A DNA stretch of 64,000 nt, taken from the NCBI GenBank assembly GCA_963668025.2, contig CAXXTH010000018.1:416001-480000 (forward strand), in the 5' to 3' direction. The DNA comes from Candidatus Hydrogenedentota bacterium. GTDB lineage: Bacteria > Hydrogenedentota > Hydrogenedentia > Hydrogenedentales > SLHB01. The position numbers and the translations under genes are program-made. The notes below the pieces were generated by a model. The model was given only the letters and a program-made list of their open reading frames with translations. It ran no database searches and was not told the origin of the DNA. Positions 28,167 to 38,635 of the stretch are shown here, piece after piece (positions within the stretch are counted from its first letter, which is position 1; each line of letters begins with the position of its first letter).

Positions 28167-28994
28167 TCACGCCGCGGAATCGGAATCATCCTCCGCTATT
28201 TCCTCGGATAAAAGCATGCCAAAACGGGTAATGACTTTACGCGTTTCATCAATCACGATTTCCGCCGTATCGCGGTTGACCGATTTGCCTTCATGGACGA
28301 CTTCGTTGCGCAGCACCCGCACATCGTGGATGCAGCGGCTCACTTCGTCACTCACCAGGTTTTGGCCCTGTGCGGTAATAACCAAGTCTTTCACACTATT
28401 CCGGCGCGGATAAACGCCACGGGCCAGCAGCAGGCGGCGCAACGATGTTTCCAGTGTCTGAAATGCTTGAATCACCACGAGGTCGTAGAGGCCTGCTTCG
28501 AGGAGGCCGCTGGCCTTGGCCAGATTGGCCGTTTCCTCGTCGCCCAGTTTGCTGATGGAGAACGAACGGTCGCGATCGCTGATGGCGCGGCGCAAAGACA
28601 ACATTACCGCCATAACAATGAATAGCAGCACCACGGTCAGCACGACGTCCACAATGAACGCTGAACGGGGATTGCCGAGCGTATTGCCAATCAAAGCAAT
28701 AATATAGACCATCGTGAATGCGGGCGGCATAAGGATGGCCAAAGCATAGGTTGTATTTCCCGCGCGCTGCGCAAAGGGGGCCGCGGATTTGCCGGATAAT
28801 AATTCAAGGGCGAAAAAATAGGCGGATAAACTCAGGCATCCCGCGAATAGATAATAGAGATATTGTAAGTAGACCTTGTATCCTAGAAACACGAAATAAT
28901 TCTCCGCCACCTGATCGAGCAGCGGGCGAATCATGAATAAAGCGGCCAGCAAGGCCACCGAGAATCCCATTTTCAGCCGCGTGAAATCCGTCAT
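28167..28994 (-). CDS. Membrane protein (~4 TM) with a C-terminal HEPN/DUF4145-like domain
   Basis: Hydrophobic N-terminal half, then a helical domain 'YDLVVIQAFQTLETSLR...LRNEVVHEG' containing an RNxxxH motif. Confidence 0.6.
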   Translation of the reverse strand: MTDFTRLKMGFSVALLAALFMIRPLLDQVAENYFVFLGYKVYLQYLYYLFAGCLSLSAYFFALELLSGKSAAPFAQRAGNTTYALAILMPPAFTMVYIIALIGNTLGNPRSAFIVDVVLTVVLLFIVMAVMLSLRRAISDRDRSFSISKLGDEETANLAKASGLLEAGLYDLVVIQAFQTLETSLRRLLLARGVYPRRNSVKDLVITAQGQNLVSDEVSRCIHDVRVLRNEVVHEGKSVNRDTAEIVIDETRKVITRFGMLLSEEIAEDDSDSAA

Positions 28995-29441
28995 TTGCCT
29001 TCCGCCTCTCCTTGCGCAGTATGCGCGGTTTCAGTATCTGCCCAGGGGCCCAGGCGTGTCAAACCTTCGATATCCGCGCAAATTAACAAATATGACATGC
29101 AATAACAGCACAATCAAATACATGATTCCTTTGCGAAATAGGCTCCATCCTTTTGGAATGATGCATTCGCACTACTATATGCCAGCTTCCGCAGTGTATT
29201 CGAAGATTTTATAACCACTGGCGTGAGGTTGCCCACCACCCAATGGAACGGCATAACGCTGTTTATTCTCGTTTGTCTTTACGTTCTAGGCGGCTTTGCG
29301 TACGTATAAATCGAATGAGATTCCTGTTGATAGTGCAGCGCGCCATCCTTGCTCATATATTTCACGCAAAGCCGCAAAGAATACAAAGGTTCAAAGCGCG
29401 GCATATCCGCAATCAAAGAGCCGGATTTTTGGACCACGAAA

Positions 29442-29464
29442 CATGGGCGAGACGCCCATGCTAC
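29442..29464 (-). repeat. GTAG-type REP-like palindrome
   Basis: Revcomp reads GTAG-CATGGGCG-TCT-CGCCCATG. Confidence 0.55.
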
Positions 29465-29570
29465 GGGAGTTGTAGAACACATTTTAGAGGATATATTCGT
29501 GCGCATTCGCGTCCATTTGTAGTAAAAAAATCTGCTGCAGCCATGCCGCACCGTGGTTTCTGTAACCACA

Positions 29571-30140
29571 TCAGCGAGGGCGCGGCTTGCCCGCCCGCGC
29601 GCAAATGGCATCGAAGAGTTCTGAAACCGGCTGAATCTCGTAATCACGGAAATTTTTCGGATTGAGCCAGAAGGCATCCAGGCGGCCCCGGCCTTCGCTT
29701 TGATACAGGAGGATTTTTAACATCATTTGCGCTTTATCGAGTCCGCGCACGAGACGTGCTTCCGGCGTACTGGCCTCGAGTAATTCCCGATGCGCCTGGG
29801 CATACACGGGGGGAAACTCCGCGAATAACTCTTCGATAATCGCCTGTTCCGCTTGTCCTTTGACCTCCGCCAAATGGGCGTCCGCGGCGGGCATGGGGAT
29901 ATCCATCAGCTTGGCCTCCGGCAAATCATGCACGAGAGCCATGGCAAGGGTCTTGCCTTGCTCGAATTGCCCGGGGTATTGATTGGTGAACAGCAGCGCC
30001 AATACGGATACGAAATGGCTGTGCGCCGCCACGGATTCCGGCTCGGTTACGCCGCGCAACACATATCCCGCCCGCGCAATCCGGTCGAGTGGATGAATCT
30101 GTTCAAATAACGTGATTACCTTTTCCGCGAATGTGCTCAT
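29571..30140 (-). CDS. HD-domain phosphohydrolase (YfbR/HDDC2 5'-deoxynucleotidase-like)
   Basis: RAGY...PESVAAHS, MALVHDLPEA and EARLVRGLDKAQM motifs. Start MSTFAEK. Confidence 0.88.
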   Translation of the reverse strand: MSTFAEKVITLFEQIHPLDRIARAGYVLRGVTEPESVAAHSHFVSVLALLFTNQYPGQFEQGKTLAMALVHDLPEAKLMDIPMPAADAHLAEVKGQAEQAIIEELFAEFPPVYAQAHRELLEASTPEARLVRGLDKAQMMLKILLYQSEGRGRLDAFWLNPKNFRDYEIQPVSELFDAICARAGKPRPR

Positions 30141-30393
30141 GGAGGCGAGTATGCCAGATTTGAGGAGCCATGCGCTAGGCAATGTATGTTTCCATACATT
30201 CGGCAGGAATTAGGCCTCAAAATGCACAGGAGACGCAGAAGAAATAACCATCTTTTTTTTCTTGCATTTTTGTGGCAGTAAAGTTGGAAAAGTGCGGCGC
30301 ATTACGCTAGAATCAACTATCAAATGGAGCGGTGGGGAGAGTTGCGCTCTTCGATACGCTGGTGATGCGGAAGGATATCGGAAGGTGGTGCAT

Positions 30394-31084
30394 ATGAATA
30401 TTCGAAGGTTTGTGATGCTGCTTGTCTTGGCGGGCGTATTGATTCCAGGAGCGGCGTTTGCCGTTGATCCCGCGTTATACCGGGCCTTTGGGCAATCCGG
30501 AAGAGCCCGCGCTGCGTCCGTATAAGTGGTTTCTGCGCGGATTCCAATCGTTTTTCTATCAGACCGGCAAAGCCTTCGTGAACGGCAATAACGATTTCCC
30601 CATTGTAGGCTCCGTGTACGCCTTCCGGGGCATGCGCGTCGGCGCGGTGGAATTGAACCGGAGCATTTGGACCGGCATGAGCGGCGCGAATCTGAAAACC
30701 ACGCCGCAATCGGGCTACAAAGAAACCGGCAAAATGAATAAAGTCATCGAACAAGACCCGCTGCTCCGCAATGTGGCGGACGCCACGGTCGTGGCGGTGT
30801 CGATGGGGGCGGCTACAGGCTCGTTATCGAGCGAATCCGCGCCGTTCATGAACAACCAGGCATGGAAATCCGCAACGGGGATCTTCGTGGCGCAGAAGGC
30901 GCTGGATCGCACCATCCCGGTGCCGGAGTGGAATGGCGAAAAGCCTCAAGCCCTGAATGAAGCCCCCGCCAGCTATGAAAAGCAGGCCAAAAAAGCCAGC
31001 AGCCCGGCGGCCCCTGAGAAAAAGCGTTCGGAGCACGGGCGCAATTTCCTCAAGGAAGTAAAACGGACAGAAACGTCCAAATAA
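30394..31084 (+). pseudogene. Secreted hypothetical protein, frameshifted near 30468
   Basis: Signal peptide MNIRRFVMLLVLAGVLIPGAAFA in one frame continues as VDPRYTGPLGNPEEPALRP in the next frame if one C of GATCCCG is removed. Confidence 0.55.
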
Positions 31085-31098
31085 CGCTATGAAAATTA

Positions 31099-31133
31099 AA
31101 CCCAGAGCCGGGCTGCATGCCTGGCTCTGGGTT
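31099..31133 (+). terminator. Stem-loop after the 30394-31084 gene
   Basis: AACCCAGAGCC-GGGC...GCCT-GGCTCTGGGTT. Confidence 0.45.
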
Positions 31134-31200
31134 GTTAGAGCAGCCCGCCAAAAGGCTTCAACGCCCTTCGAGGGCAGCGCCGCAAGGATTGCCTGGCTTC

Positions 31201-33084
31201 ATGAATAGGTTTCCGCGCATTTCGTTCACCTGGACGCTCTTAGCCATTGCTCTCTTCGCGGCTTTTTTTGAACTGGGCCGTTCGGATGTCGTCACGGCGA
31301 ACGAAGGCCAGCGCACCACTCCTCCCGCAGAAATGCTCCGCTCGGGGCAGTATATCGTGCCCACCATAAATGGCGTGGACTATCTGGCCAAGCCGCCCAT
31401 GCTGTATTGGATGATCGCGGGAGTCTATAAAGCCACCGGCTCCGTATCGGAATTCGCCGCGCGCGTTCCTTCGGCGGCCAGCACCGTGTTGCTCGTGCTC
31501 TGCCTGTATTGGCTGGCCCGCCGGGAAACGAGTGAGCATGAAGCGCGCTGGGCGGCGCTGGCGCTGCTCACAGCGCCATTCCTGCTCGACCGCTCCCATT
31601 TGGCTGAAATCGATGTGGTCCTGTCGCTGGCCGTGTTTCTCTGCCTCATGGCCATGCGCGGCGCATGCCGGGCGGAATCGGCGGGGGCGCGCGCGGGGCT
31701 TGCGCTGGCGGGCGGGCTCGCAATAGGCGCGGCGACGCTGCTCAAGGGGCCGCCGCCATATCTCATGGTGTTCACCTGCTGGATAGCCATTCAAATCGTG
31801 GAAGGCCCAGATTCCTCGCAGGCGCTGCGCGCAGGTGGAAAATGGACGCTGGCCGCGTTTATCCCCCATCTGGCGATATGGCCCATCGTCATGCTCCTAA
31901 TGTATCTTCAATACGTAGCCAAACTGGATGTCACTCCGTGGCTAGATATGGCCCAATGGGCGTCGCGCACGTGGCACCGCATCGCGCTGGCCCTGTACCT
32001 GGCCTCATGGCTATATTTGGCGTTTCGGTACGGCCCCAAAGGCCGCCGGTTGTCGAATCTGGGCGCATTGTTGATAGTGGCGCTGGCGGGCTTGGCCACG
32101 GCGGCTCCGTGGGGCTTGGCGTTGCTGAGAGCGCGCGGCTGGGCGTATATCGACGGCCTGCTTCACACGGAAGTCATCGAACGCACCTATGAAGCCTCAC
32201 GCATCAATGGCGGTTCGCCCCTGTTCTATGCGTACAATCTGCTGGCCATGATGGCCCCATGGGGATTGCTGCTGCCGTTCCACGCCTCACGCACGCAATG
32301 GCGCGAAGGCTCGCCCATCTACCGCTTCGGCGTGCTGGGCGGCTGGCTCACGGTGGGCGCGTTCTCACTCATCGCGGGCAAAGAGCGCGAATACATCTTG
32401 CCGATCATGTCTCTGCTTGCGCTGTCCACGGGCATTCTGATCAGCCGCATCGCCTCCGGCGAATTAAGGGGCTGGATGGCGTCATGGGCGCGGATTTGGC
32501 TGCCCGCCATGACGGCGCTGATGGCGGCGCTCGTCATCGGAATCGCCATTTACTACACCGTGGCCGAACAGAGCATCTTACTATGGGTGGAAATGTGGAC
32601 GCTGGCGCTGGCCGCCTTTGGAGCGGCCGCTATCTGGCGGGCCGGCGCGCAAAAACGCCTCGCCCGGCTCTGCGCCCTGTCGCTCGTGGTGATTATCATG
32701 TATATCACGGGGCGCGGCTACCATTTTTCGCTGAACCAAGAAAACACCCCCAAACCGCTGGCGGACATTTGCCGGTCGCTCATCGACAATGGCTATACGC
32801 TCGAAACTACCCCGCGCTTGCATTCGACCCAGCCCTTCCCGTACCCGTATTTTTCCTTTTACCTGGAGCGGAACATCCCCTTTGAAACCAATGCGGATGC
32901 CGTAGCCGCCAAGCTTAATGGCAGCGCGCCCTACTTTTACCTGACCCACAAAGACATGCTTAAATTCATGCCCAAAGCATTGGAAAGCGGAAAAGCCCAC
33001 GTGGTTTACGGCCCCTGCACCAGCCGTAAACTCCTCCTCGTAAGCAACACTGAGTTGCCGAAGGATCTTCTGCGGGGCGAATAG
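31201..33084 (+). CDS. ArnT/GT83-like (PMT_2) membrane glycosyltransferase
   Basis: NEGQR...EMLRSGQYIVPTING.DYLAKPPMLYW, EFAARVPSA, LLKGP and KEREYILP motifs; many TM helices. Confidence 0.85.
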   Translation: MNRFPRISFTWTLLAIALFAAFFELGRSDVVTANEGQRTTPPAEMLRSGQYIVPTINGVDYLAKPPMLYWMIAGVYKATGSVSEFAARVPSAASTVLLVLCLYWLARRETSEHEARWAALALLTAPFLLDRSHLAEIDVVLSLAVFLCLMAMRGACRAESAGARAGLALAGGLAIGAATLLKGPPPYLMVFTCWIAIQIVEGPDSSQALRAGGKWTLAAFIPHLAIWPIVMLLMYLQYVAKLDVTPWLDMAQWASRTWHRIALALYLASWLYLAFRYGPKGRRLSNLGALLIVALAGLATAAPWGLALLRARGWAYIDGLLHTEVIERTYEASRINGGSPLFYAYNLLAMMAPWGLLLPFHASRTQWREGSPIYRFGVLGGWLTVGAFSLIAGKEREYILPIMSLLALSTGILISRIASGELRGWMASWARIWLPAMTALMAALVIGIAIYYTVAEQSILLWVEMWTLALAAFGAAAIWRAGAQKRLARLCALSLVVIIMYITGRGYHFSLNQENTPKPLADICRSLIDNGYTLETTPRLHSTQPFPYPYFSFYLERNIPFETNADAVAAKLNGSAPYFYLTHKDMLKFMPKALESGKAHVVYGPCTSRKLLLVSNTELPKDLLRGE

Positions 33085-33130
33085 TAGGAATTCCAGCATT
33101 TTCATATAGCGCATATTAATAAAATACCAG

Positions 33131-33172
33131 CCTCTTGCAGGCCCTTCGCGCTTGTACGAAGGCCTTCAAGAG
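33131..33172. terminator. Hairpin between convergent genes
   Basis: CCTCTTG..AGGCC.TTCG...CGAA.GGCCT.CAAGAGG, an imperfect inverted repeat. Confidence 0.4.
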
Positions 33173-33255
33173 GCTGATATTTTGGGGAGCAGCATAAGCT
33201 ATCGGGCTGCTGCGTTCCCAATTTCTTGAAAGAACCAGCGCCCATCCCAACCCAT

Positions 33256-34350
33256 CTAGGTATGGCCCAATCCTAAAGCTAGTATGATGTTGGGATCCAC
33301 CAGTTCGGGAGTGGCTTCCTGCCAAGGGGTTCGTTCAGGCTTTAGAACAGTAAAGGCCTCGTTATATGACCAATACGCCCAGTCCGCGCCATACTGTTCA
33401 AAAGCGAGCCTCGAGTCGCGAAGAAACGCATACCGGTCTTCGCAAGGAACCTGTCCCGCATATACGCCGAATTCACCACAGAGGAGATGATGGCCTCCGC
33501 CATGGCGCTCGCTCCACTCGCGCACCCGTTGCACGCGCCCAGCCAGGCGCTGGGCATTCCAGCATTCATTAGCGTAGGCCCGGAGCTGTTCCTCCAGCTC
33601 ATTCCTCCATTCCTGCTCGTTTTCCGGGAGTTTTTCCAGAATAGCGGGCAGTTTGTCTTCCATGATCGCCGGGCTGGACGGGTACGGAACACCCGCCAGC
33701 GCCGGCCACCATTTTTCCTTGAAGAAACCTTGCAGTGTAAAAAGGAATGGCTCGTAAAACTCGAAGGCGTAATAGACATTCTGGTCATCTACGGGAACGG
33801 TTTTCTCCAGGCCCTCGATTGTAGCTATCTGGTCGCCACTTAACACCAGCGTATGTTCGGGCAGTTCGCTTCGCACGGCAGACCAGATTTGCGGTTGCAA
33901 CTCATTCCAATCACGCGTATTGCCGAATGGTTCGGTCATAAGTTGGAAAACAACCTGGTCTGGCTGCCATCGTTTGCCGATGAAGCGGGCGAATGCCTTC
34001 ATGAACGCTAAATATTCTGGGAACTTCTCCGGCTCACCCAGATACATATTCTTGAAATCGGGTTCTGGATGCAGGCAGAGCACCACTGGCAGGCCTTCAT
34101 CGAGCACCATATTGGCCACGGTCTCGACATAGGGCATGGCATTATGCATAAGCTCATCGCCATCCTTATGAGGCGCTGGATTGATGATCAGCTTGGCGAA
34201 TCCGAATCCCATCTCCCGAATAACGGCGATATCGCCGCGCGTGAAATTAGGTTCTTCCGGAACCGTCCAATACTGCCTGTCCAGCGTGACCCCTTGATGA
34301 AGGGGAAGGGCAAGATTAGATGGCTTGGCCTGTTGTGGCGATGCCTTCAT
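33256..34350 (-). CDS. Glycoside hydrolase family 5 (clan A), no signal peptide
   Basis: Acid/base motif QLMTEP, FEFYEPFLFTLQG, nucleophile motif CGEFG, and WAYWSY. Confidence 0.82.
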   Translation of the reverse strand: MKASPQQAKPSNLALPLHQGVTLDRQYWTVPEEPNFTRGDIAVIREMGFGFAKLIINPAPHKDGDELMHNAMPYVETVANMVLDEGLPVVLCLHPEPDFKNMYLGEPEKFPEYLAFMKAFARFIGKRWQPDQVVFQLMTEPFGNTRDWNELQPQIWSAVRSELPEHTLVLSGDQIATIEGLEKTVPVDDQNVYYAFEFYEPFLFTLQGFFKEKWWPALAGVPYPSSPAIMEDKLPAILEKLPENEQEWRNELEEQLRAYANECWNAQRLAGRVQRVREWSERHGGGHHLLCGEFGVYAGQVPCEDRYAFLRDSRLAFEQYGADWAYWSYNEAFTVLKPERTPWQEATPELVDPNIILALGLGHT

Positions 34351-34355
34351 GCGCC

Positions 34356-36815
34356 TTATTCCTTTTCCAGAATAGCGATAAAGCTAACCGGCTCTCCGGC
34401 TTTCAATGTAAGCTGGCGATACGCCGGACCAAACGGTGAAACGGTGACGCTTGCTTGGCCTTCACTCGCATCCAGCGATTTGATCGCACCAGGAAGCTTG
34501 ACCGTAATGGCCTGGTCTTTGGCCGAAAGAATTTTGGCCTCGATGCGCCCTTCATTTTGATCCCAGGCAATCCCGAGCTCGATCTGTCCACGGCAAAGAA
34601 GCCCATCGACCCGCCCCGTGCGCCACTTCGAGGGCAATCCGGGCAACAACTTGATCATCCCCGGGCGGGAGTAGGCCAGCATTTCGAGGACGGCGGCCGT
34701 CCACCCGAAATTGGCATCGGCCTGATACGCTGCGCCTTTGGCCGAATACAGCCAGTTGACCGAGAGCCCTTGTCTGCGCCAGTCGTTGTGATACGCCAAG
34801 AAGTTATTTCCTAGGCACGTGCGGCTCATGAGTTCCAGCGCTTCCAGCGCGCGGTCGCCCTTTCCCAGCCGCGCCTGCACGTTGGACATGTGCGTGTAAG
34901 ACCATCCGCTCTGGTCGCCCAGTCCGACCGTCATCCGTTTTTCGACGGCGGCATGGCAAGCCTCGTACATAACCGGATCCGTCTCTTCCGTAATCTCGAT
35001 GCCCGGGAAGAAGGGATACAGATGGGATTCATGCCGGTGCTTATAATTATCTTTAAAATCCGGATACATCCATTCGCTCAATGCGCCGTCCTCATTGATC
35101 ACATACGGAGGAATCTTAGCAAGCATTGCCTTCCAACGCGGCACTTCATCGCTATCGATACCCAGTTCTTGGTATGCATCGCAAAGGTTAGTGAGCAGCT
35201 CTTTCAGGACAGCGAAATCAATGGTCGCATTCAGGCTCACCGAGATTTTACCGCCGCCTTCAAAATCGCCATTCGGGCAGTTTTCCGGTGAAACGGACGG
35301 CGAGAAGATGTAATACCCGTCCTTCCCTTCGATCAAGAAGTCCTCGTAGAACAAGGCCGCTTCCTTCATGAACGGAACGGCTTTTTCGGCCAGAAACGCG
35401 CGATCTCCCGTGAAAAGCCAGTAGTCAAAGAAGATTTGGGCAATCCAGCCGCTGCTGCACGTGCAATATACGATATGTGGCTGGGTGTCCCACTTTAGTC
35501 CACCGTAGGGGGATTGATAAATCGGAATCAAAATTCCCCGGCATCCGAAATAATTCTGGGCGTTCTCGCGGTATTCATCCATCCGGCTTAAATAGAGATT
35601 GAATACCGGAAGCACCGTCTCGCGCATATTTCCAGGAAGCGAGGCCCAGTAGGTCATCTCTAGATTTTCATTGGTGAATAGCGGGCTGAACCAAGGCGGC
35701 TCGTGGTCGCCATTCCATATTCCTTGGATATTCGAGGGGAATCCATCGGGATGCGAACTGGCGATCAGCATGTACCTGCCTAAATCGAATAGTTTTTCGA
35801 TTAATGCGGTAGGCACATCGCCATTATAACTATCCAGCATGATTTGTTCATTCACCGCGTCTTGATGGGACGCCGCATGCAGATCCAGGTCCAGTCGGCC
35901 GAATTTTTCGCGATGCTTCGTGGCATGTTGCAGGAGCAAGGCTTCGTAATCGGCAGGAATTGCAGCCAAGTCTTCCTTCAATTTGGCCATTTGACGCTCG
36001 GACTCTCCATCCACAAACATCCGGGCCACCAGGAGGACTTCATCGGCATCTTGAATTTCAATCCGGCCATCCCGCGCCTGCCACTGTCCACCTTGCGTGC
36101 TCACGCGCGCCATTGCTCCAAACATCTTGCCGTCCGGCCGTTGCGCGGAAAGCTTCAGCCATTCGCCATCCACGGAAGCCTTGAACTGGACGTTCACGTC
36201 GGCGTTATGGCCCATGAATGTAAACCGGTCAAACATGTCATGCGGGGCCAACGACAGCGACGCACGAATAGAACCTGCTTCCGATGCGCGAATGTTCAGG
36301 ACGACAATGTCATCGGTTTGCGAGACGAAAACGTCGCGGACAAAATCCACCGGGCCTTCACTCCACGCCACGGATGCTACGCCACTGGCGAAATCCAGCC
36401 GCCGTTCATAGTTGCTGAAAGCCCCCCGCGTCGGCATGTCGACGACGATATCTGGCCCTGGCCGGAACGAATCAATAATCGATGCCTGGCCGGCTTTCTT
36501 GAGGAGATCGGGGAAATAGTGCTCGGCTTCCCAATAGCGTCCATCGGCCAGCATCTGCCGGAGTTTAGGGAGGTATTTTGATAAATCAATCAGGGGCTTG
36601 ACGGTGCTTCCCCACCAAAGCCGCGTATGGTTGAGCAGAATCGCTTCGTGCGTGATGCCGCCGTAGACCATCGCCGCGTGCAGCCCGTTGCCCAGCGGCA
36701 ACGCGTCTTGCCAGCGCGACGCAGGCAGCCGCAGGCTCATCTGGTGGCGTCCGCCGCCCGATTTTTCTTGTGGTAGGTTTTGGCCTGTTTTAGGGGCCTT
36801 CTCCAAAATCGCCAT
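34356..36815 (-). CDS. Glycoside hydrolase family 95 (alpha-L-fucosidase/galactosidase-like)
   Basis: WQDALPLGNG, GRYMLIASS...NIQGIWN, NENLEMTYW, PSVSPEN, HRHESHLYPFFPG and QADANFG motifs. Confidence 0.9.
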   Translation of the reverse strand: MAILEKAPKTGQNLPQEKSGGGRHQMSLRLPASRWQDALPLGNGLHAAMVYGGITHEAILLNHTRLWWGSTVKPLIDLSKYLPKLRQMLADGRYWEAEHYFPDLLKKAGQASIIDSFRPGPDIVVDMPTRGAFSNYERRLDFASGVASVAWSEGPVDFVRDVFVSQTDDIVVLNIRASEAGSIRASLSLAPHDMFDRFTFMGHNADVNVQFKASVDGEWLKLSAQRPDGKMFGAMARVSTQGGQWQARDGRIEIQDADEVLLVARMFVDGESERQMAKLKEDLAAIPADYEALLLQHATKHREKFGRLDLDLHAASHQDAVNEQIMLDSYNGDVPTALIEKLFDLGRYMLIASSHPDGFPSNIQGIWNGDHEPPWFSPLFTNENLEMTYWASLPGNMRETVLPVFNLYLSRMDEYRENAQNYFGCRGILIPIYQSPYGGLKWDTQPHIVYCTCSSGWIAQIFFDYWLFTGDRAFLAEKAVPFMKEAALFYEDFLIEGKDGYYIFSPSVSPENCPNGDFEGGGKISVSLNATIDFAVLKELLTNLCDAYQELGIDSDEVPRWKAMLAKIPPYVINEDGALSEWMYPDFKDNYKHRHESHLYPFFPGIEITEETDPVMYEACHAAVEKRMTVGLGDQSGWSYTHMSNVQARLGKGDRALEALELMSRTCLGNNFLAYHNDWRRQGLSVNWLYSAKGAAYQADANFGWTAAVLEMLAYSRPGMIKLLPGLPSKWRTGRVDGLLCRGQIELGIAWDQNEGRIEAKILSAKDQAITVKLPGAIKSLDASEGQASVTVSPFGPAYRQLTLKAGEPVSFIAILEKE

Positions 36816-36897
36816 CCTTGAATTCCTCCGTGTCTCCCATGAAAGGGATATGCCCAATACTCACTATTCCAATAACGGCTGTTATGCAGCCATTTGG

Positions 36898-37737
36898 TTA
36901 CTCTTTTATGGCCCCAGCCATGCTGATGGCCTGCACGTAATACTTCATGATGCACGCGAACAATAGAATGGAAGGCAGCGCCATGATCGCTGCTCCAGCG
37001 GTCATAGTGCCATAGAACTGTTCATAGCGCCCTTGCAGGGTCGCCATGCCTATGGGCAGTGTGCGCATGTCTGGCGAGAACAGAACAATGAACGGCCAGA
37101 AGTAATCGTTCCAATTCCCCATGAATCCCAGCACCAGCAGGGTCAATGCAATGGGTTTCACATGCGGAAAAATGACGTGGCACAACACTTGCATAGTCGT
37201 AGCCCCGTCAATGAATGCCGCTTCCTCCAGGTCGCGGGGGAACTTCTTCAAGAATTGGGCAAATAGGATAATCCCGAACGTGCCGCTTAGATGCGGCAGA
37301 ATAATCGCATAGAACGTGTCGAGCCAGCCCAGGGCATCCACCACGATGAATGACGGAAACAGCATGATAATGCCAGGAACGGCCATGGCGAACAGCAGCA
37401 GCGACACATACAGCTTCTTGCCCCAGAACTCCATGCGCGCCACGGCGTAGCCCGCAAGCAGGCTGATCGTCACGGAGAGCACGGAATAGCAGGACGCCGC
37501 GATCAGGCTGTTGCGAAACCACAGCAGGACGGGCGTATCAGACATGTCGCTCAGTAAGTTGGTGTAGTTATCCAGGGTAAACGGCTGCGGCAATAGTTTC
37601 GGCGGCCATGTGACCGTCTCCGCCTCGGGCTTAAACGAGGTGATAGCCACCCAGTACACCGGGAACAGAAACACCACGCAGAGCACTAGAATCACAAGAA
37701 CACGCAGCCATTCGGCGAAGTTTTTCCGCACCTTCAT
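36898..37737 (-). CDS. Carbohydrate ABC transporter permease (MalG-type)
   Basis: EAA loop PRDLEEAAFIDGAT, WNDYFWP, six TM helices. Confidence 0.92.
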   Translation of the reverse strand: MKVRKNFAEWLRVLVILVLCVVFLFPVYWVAITSFKPEAETVTWPPKLLPQPFTLDNYTNLLSDMSDTPVLLWFRNSLIAASCYSVLSVTISLLAGYAVARMEFWGKKLYVSLLLFAMAVPGIIMLFPSFIVVDALGWLDTFYAIILPHLSGTFGIILFAQFLKKFPRDLEEAAFIDGATTMQVLCHVIFPHVKPIALTLLVLGFMGNWNDYFWPFIVLFSPDMRTLPIGMATLQGRYEQFYGTMTAGAAIMALPSILLFACIMKYYVQAISMAGAIKE

Positions 37738-37738
37738 T

Positions 37739-38632
37739 CTATGCATCCCTCCGTTTTCCCATCAAGAGATACACAGTGGAAACAAGGGAAAAGACCACCA
37801 TGCCCGCGACGAGCGCCATGGCGACTGAAGACCCCACGCGGGGATACACCCCGTTGAACGCTTCGCCGTATAAATACAACATGATCGGCGTCGTGGCGTA
37901 GCCGGGGCCGCCCGCAGTCAGCAATTGCGGCTGTGCGAACAGGCTGAACGCGCCGATAATCTGCGTAATCAAGATAAACATCGTAATTGGCTGCAAGCCG
38001 GGCAGTGTGATGTAGAAGAACTGCTGCAGGTTGTTCGCCCCATCCACCTGCACGGCTTCGTACAGTTGCTTCGGGATGGTCTGCAATCCCACCAGAAACA
38101 AAACCATGCTCCAGCCGCAGGCCATCCAGAGGGTCGGCAAGATAATGGCGAACCACGCCCAGGGGAGATCGGCCATCCAGGGGATTTTGGCTATGCCGAA
38201 AAACTGAAGCATATAGTTGATGACGCCCGCCTCGTAACCTAGCATCCAGCGCCAAATAACCGCGGAGACCGACACGGCCACGGCGGTCGGCGCGAGGATG
38301 CAGAACTGCGCGACCATGCGCAGGCCCTTGCTCTTGCAATGGTGCAGCAGCAGCGCCAGCAGCAAGCTGATAATCAACAGCGGCGGAACGAAATACAGGA
38401 TGAACTGGCACGACACCCACAGGGATTTCCAGAAATATATCCCCCGTGAAAAGTTCTCCGGGTCGAACAACCGGGTATAATATTTCAATCCGACAAACGC
38501 CTCGCGGCCGTGTTCAATCGACCAGCGGTGCATGCTGATGTATACGCCGCCAAATAAGGGCACGATGATGAACATCGTAAAAAACACCACGTGCGGCGCA
38601 ATGTATAAATAAGGCGTCAAACGTTGTTTCAT
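37739..38632 (-). CDS. Carbohydrate ABC transporter permease (MalF-type)
   Basis: FVGLKYY and GLQTIPKQLYEAVQVDGAN...FFYITLP motifs. Confidence 0.92.
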   Translation of the reverse strand: MKQRLTPYLYIAPHVVFFTMFIIVPLFGGVYISMHRWSIEHGREAFVGLKYYTRLFDPENFSRGIYFWKSLWVSCQFILYFVPPLLIISLLLALLLHHCKSKGLRMVAQFCILAPTAVAVSVSAVIWRWMLGYEAGVINYMLQFFGIAKIPWMADLPWAWFAIILPTLWMACGWSMVLFLVGLQTIPKQLYEAVQVDGANNLQQFFYITLPGLQPITMFILITQIIGAFSLFAQPQLLTAGGPGYATTPIMLYLYGEAFNGVYPRVGSSVAMALVAGMVVFSLVSTVYLLMGKRRDA

Positions 38633-38635
38633 GGG

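Noticed and set aside
29243-29677. ORFs of 140 aa (+) and 132 aa (-)
   Set aside because: They are translations of palindromic and tandem-repeat intergenic DNA with no protein-like composition.
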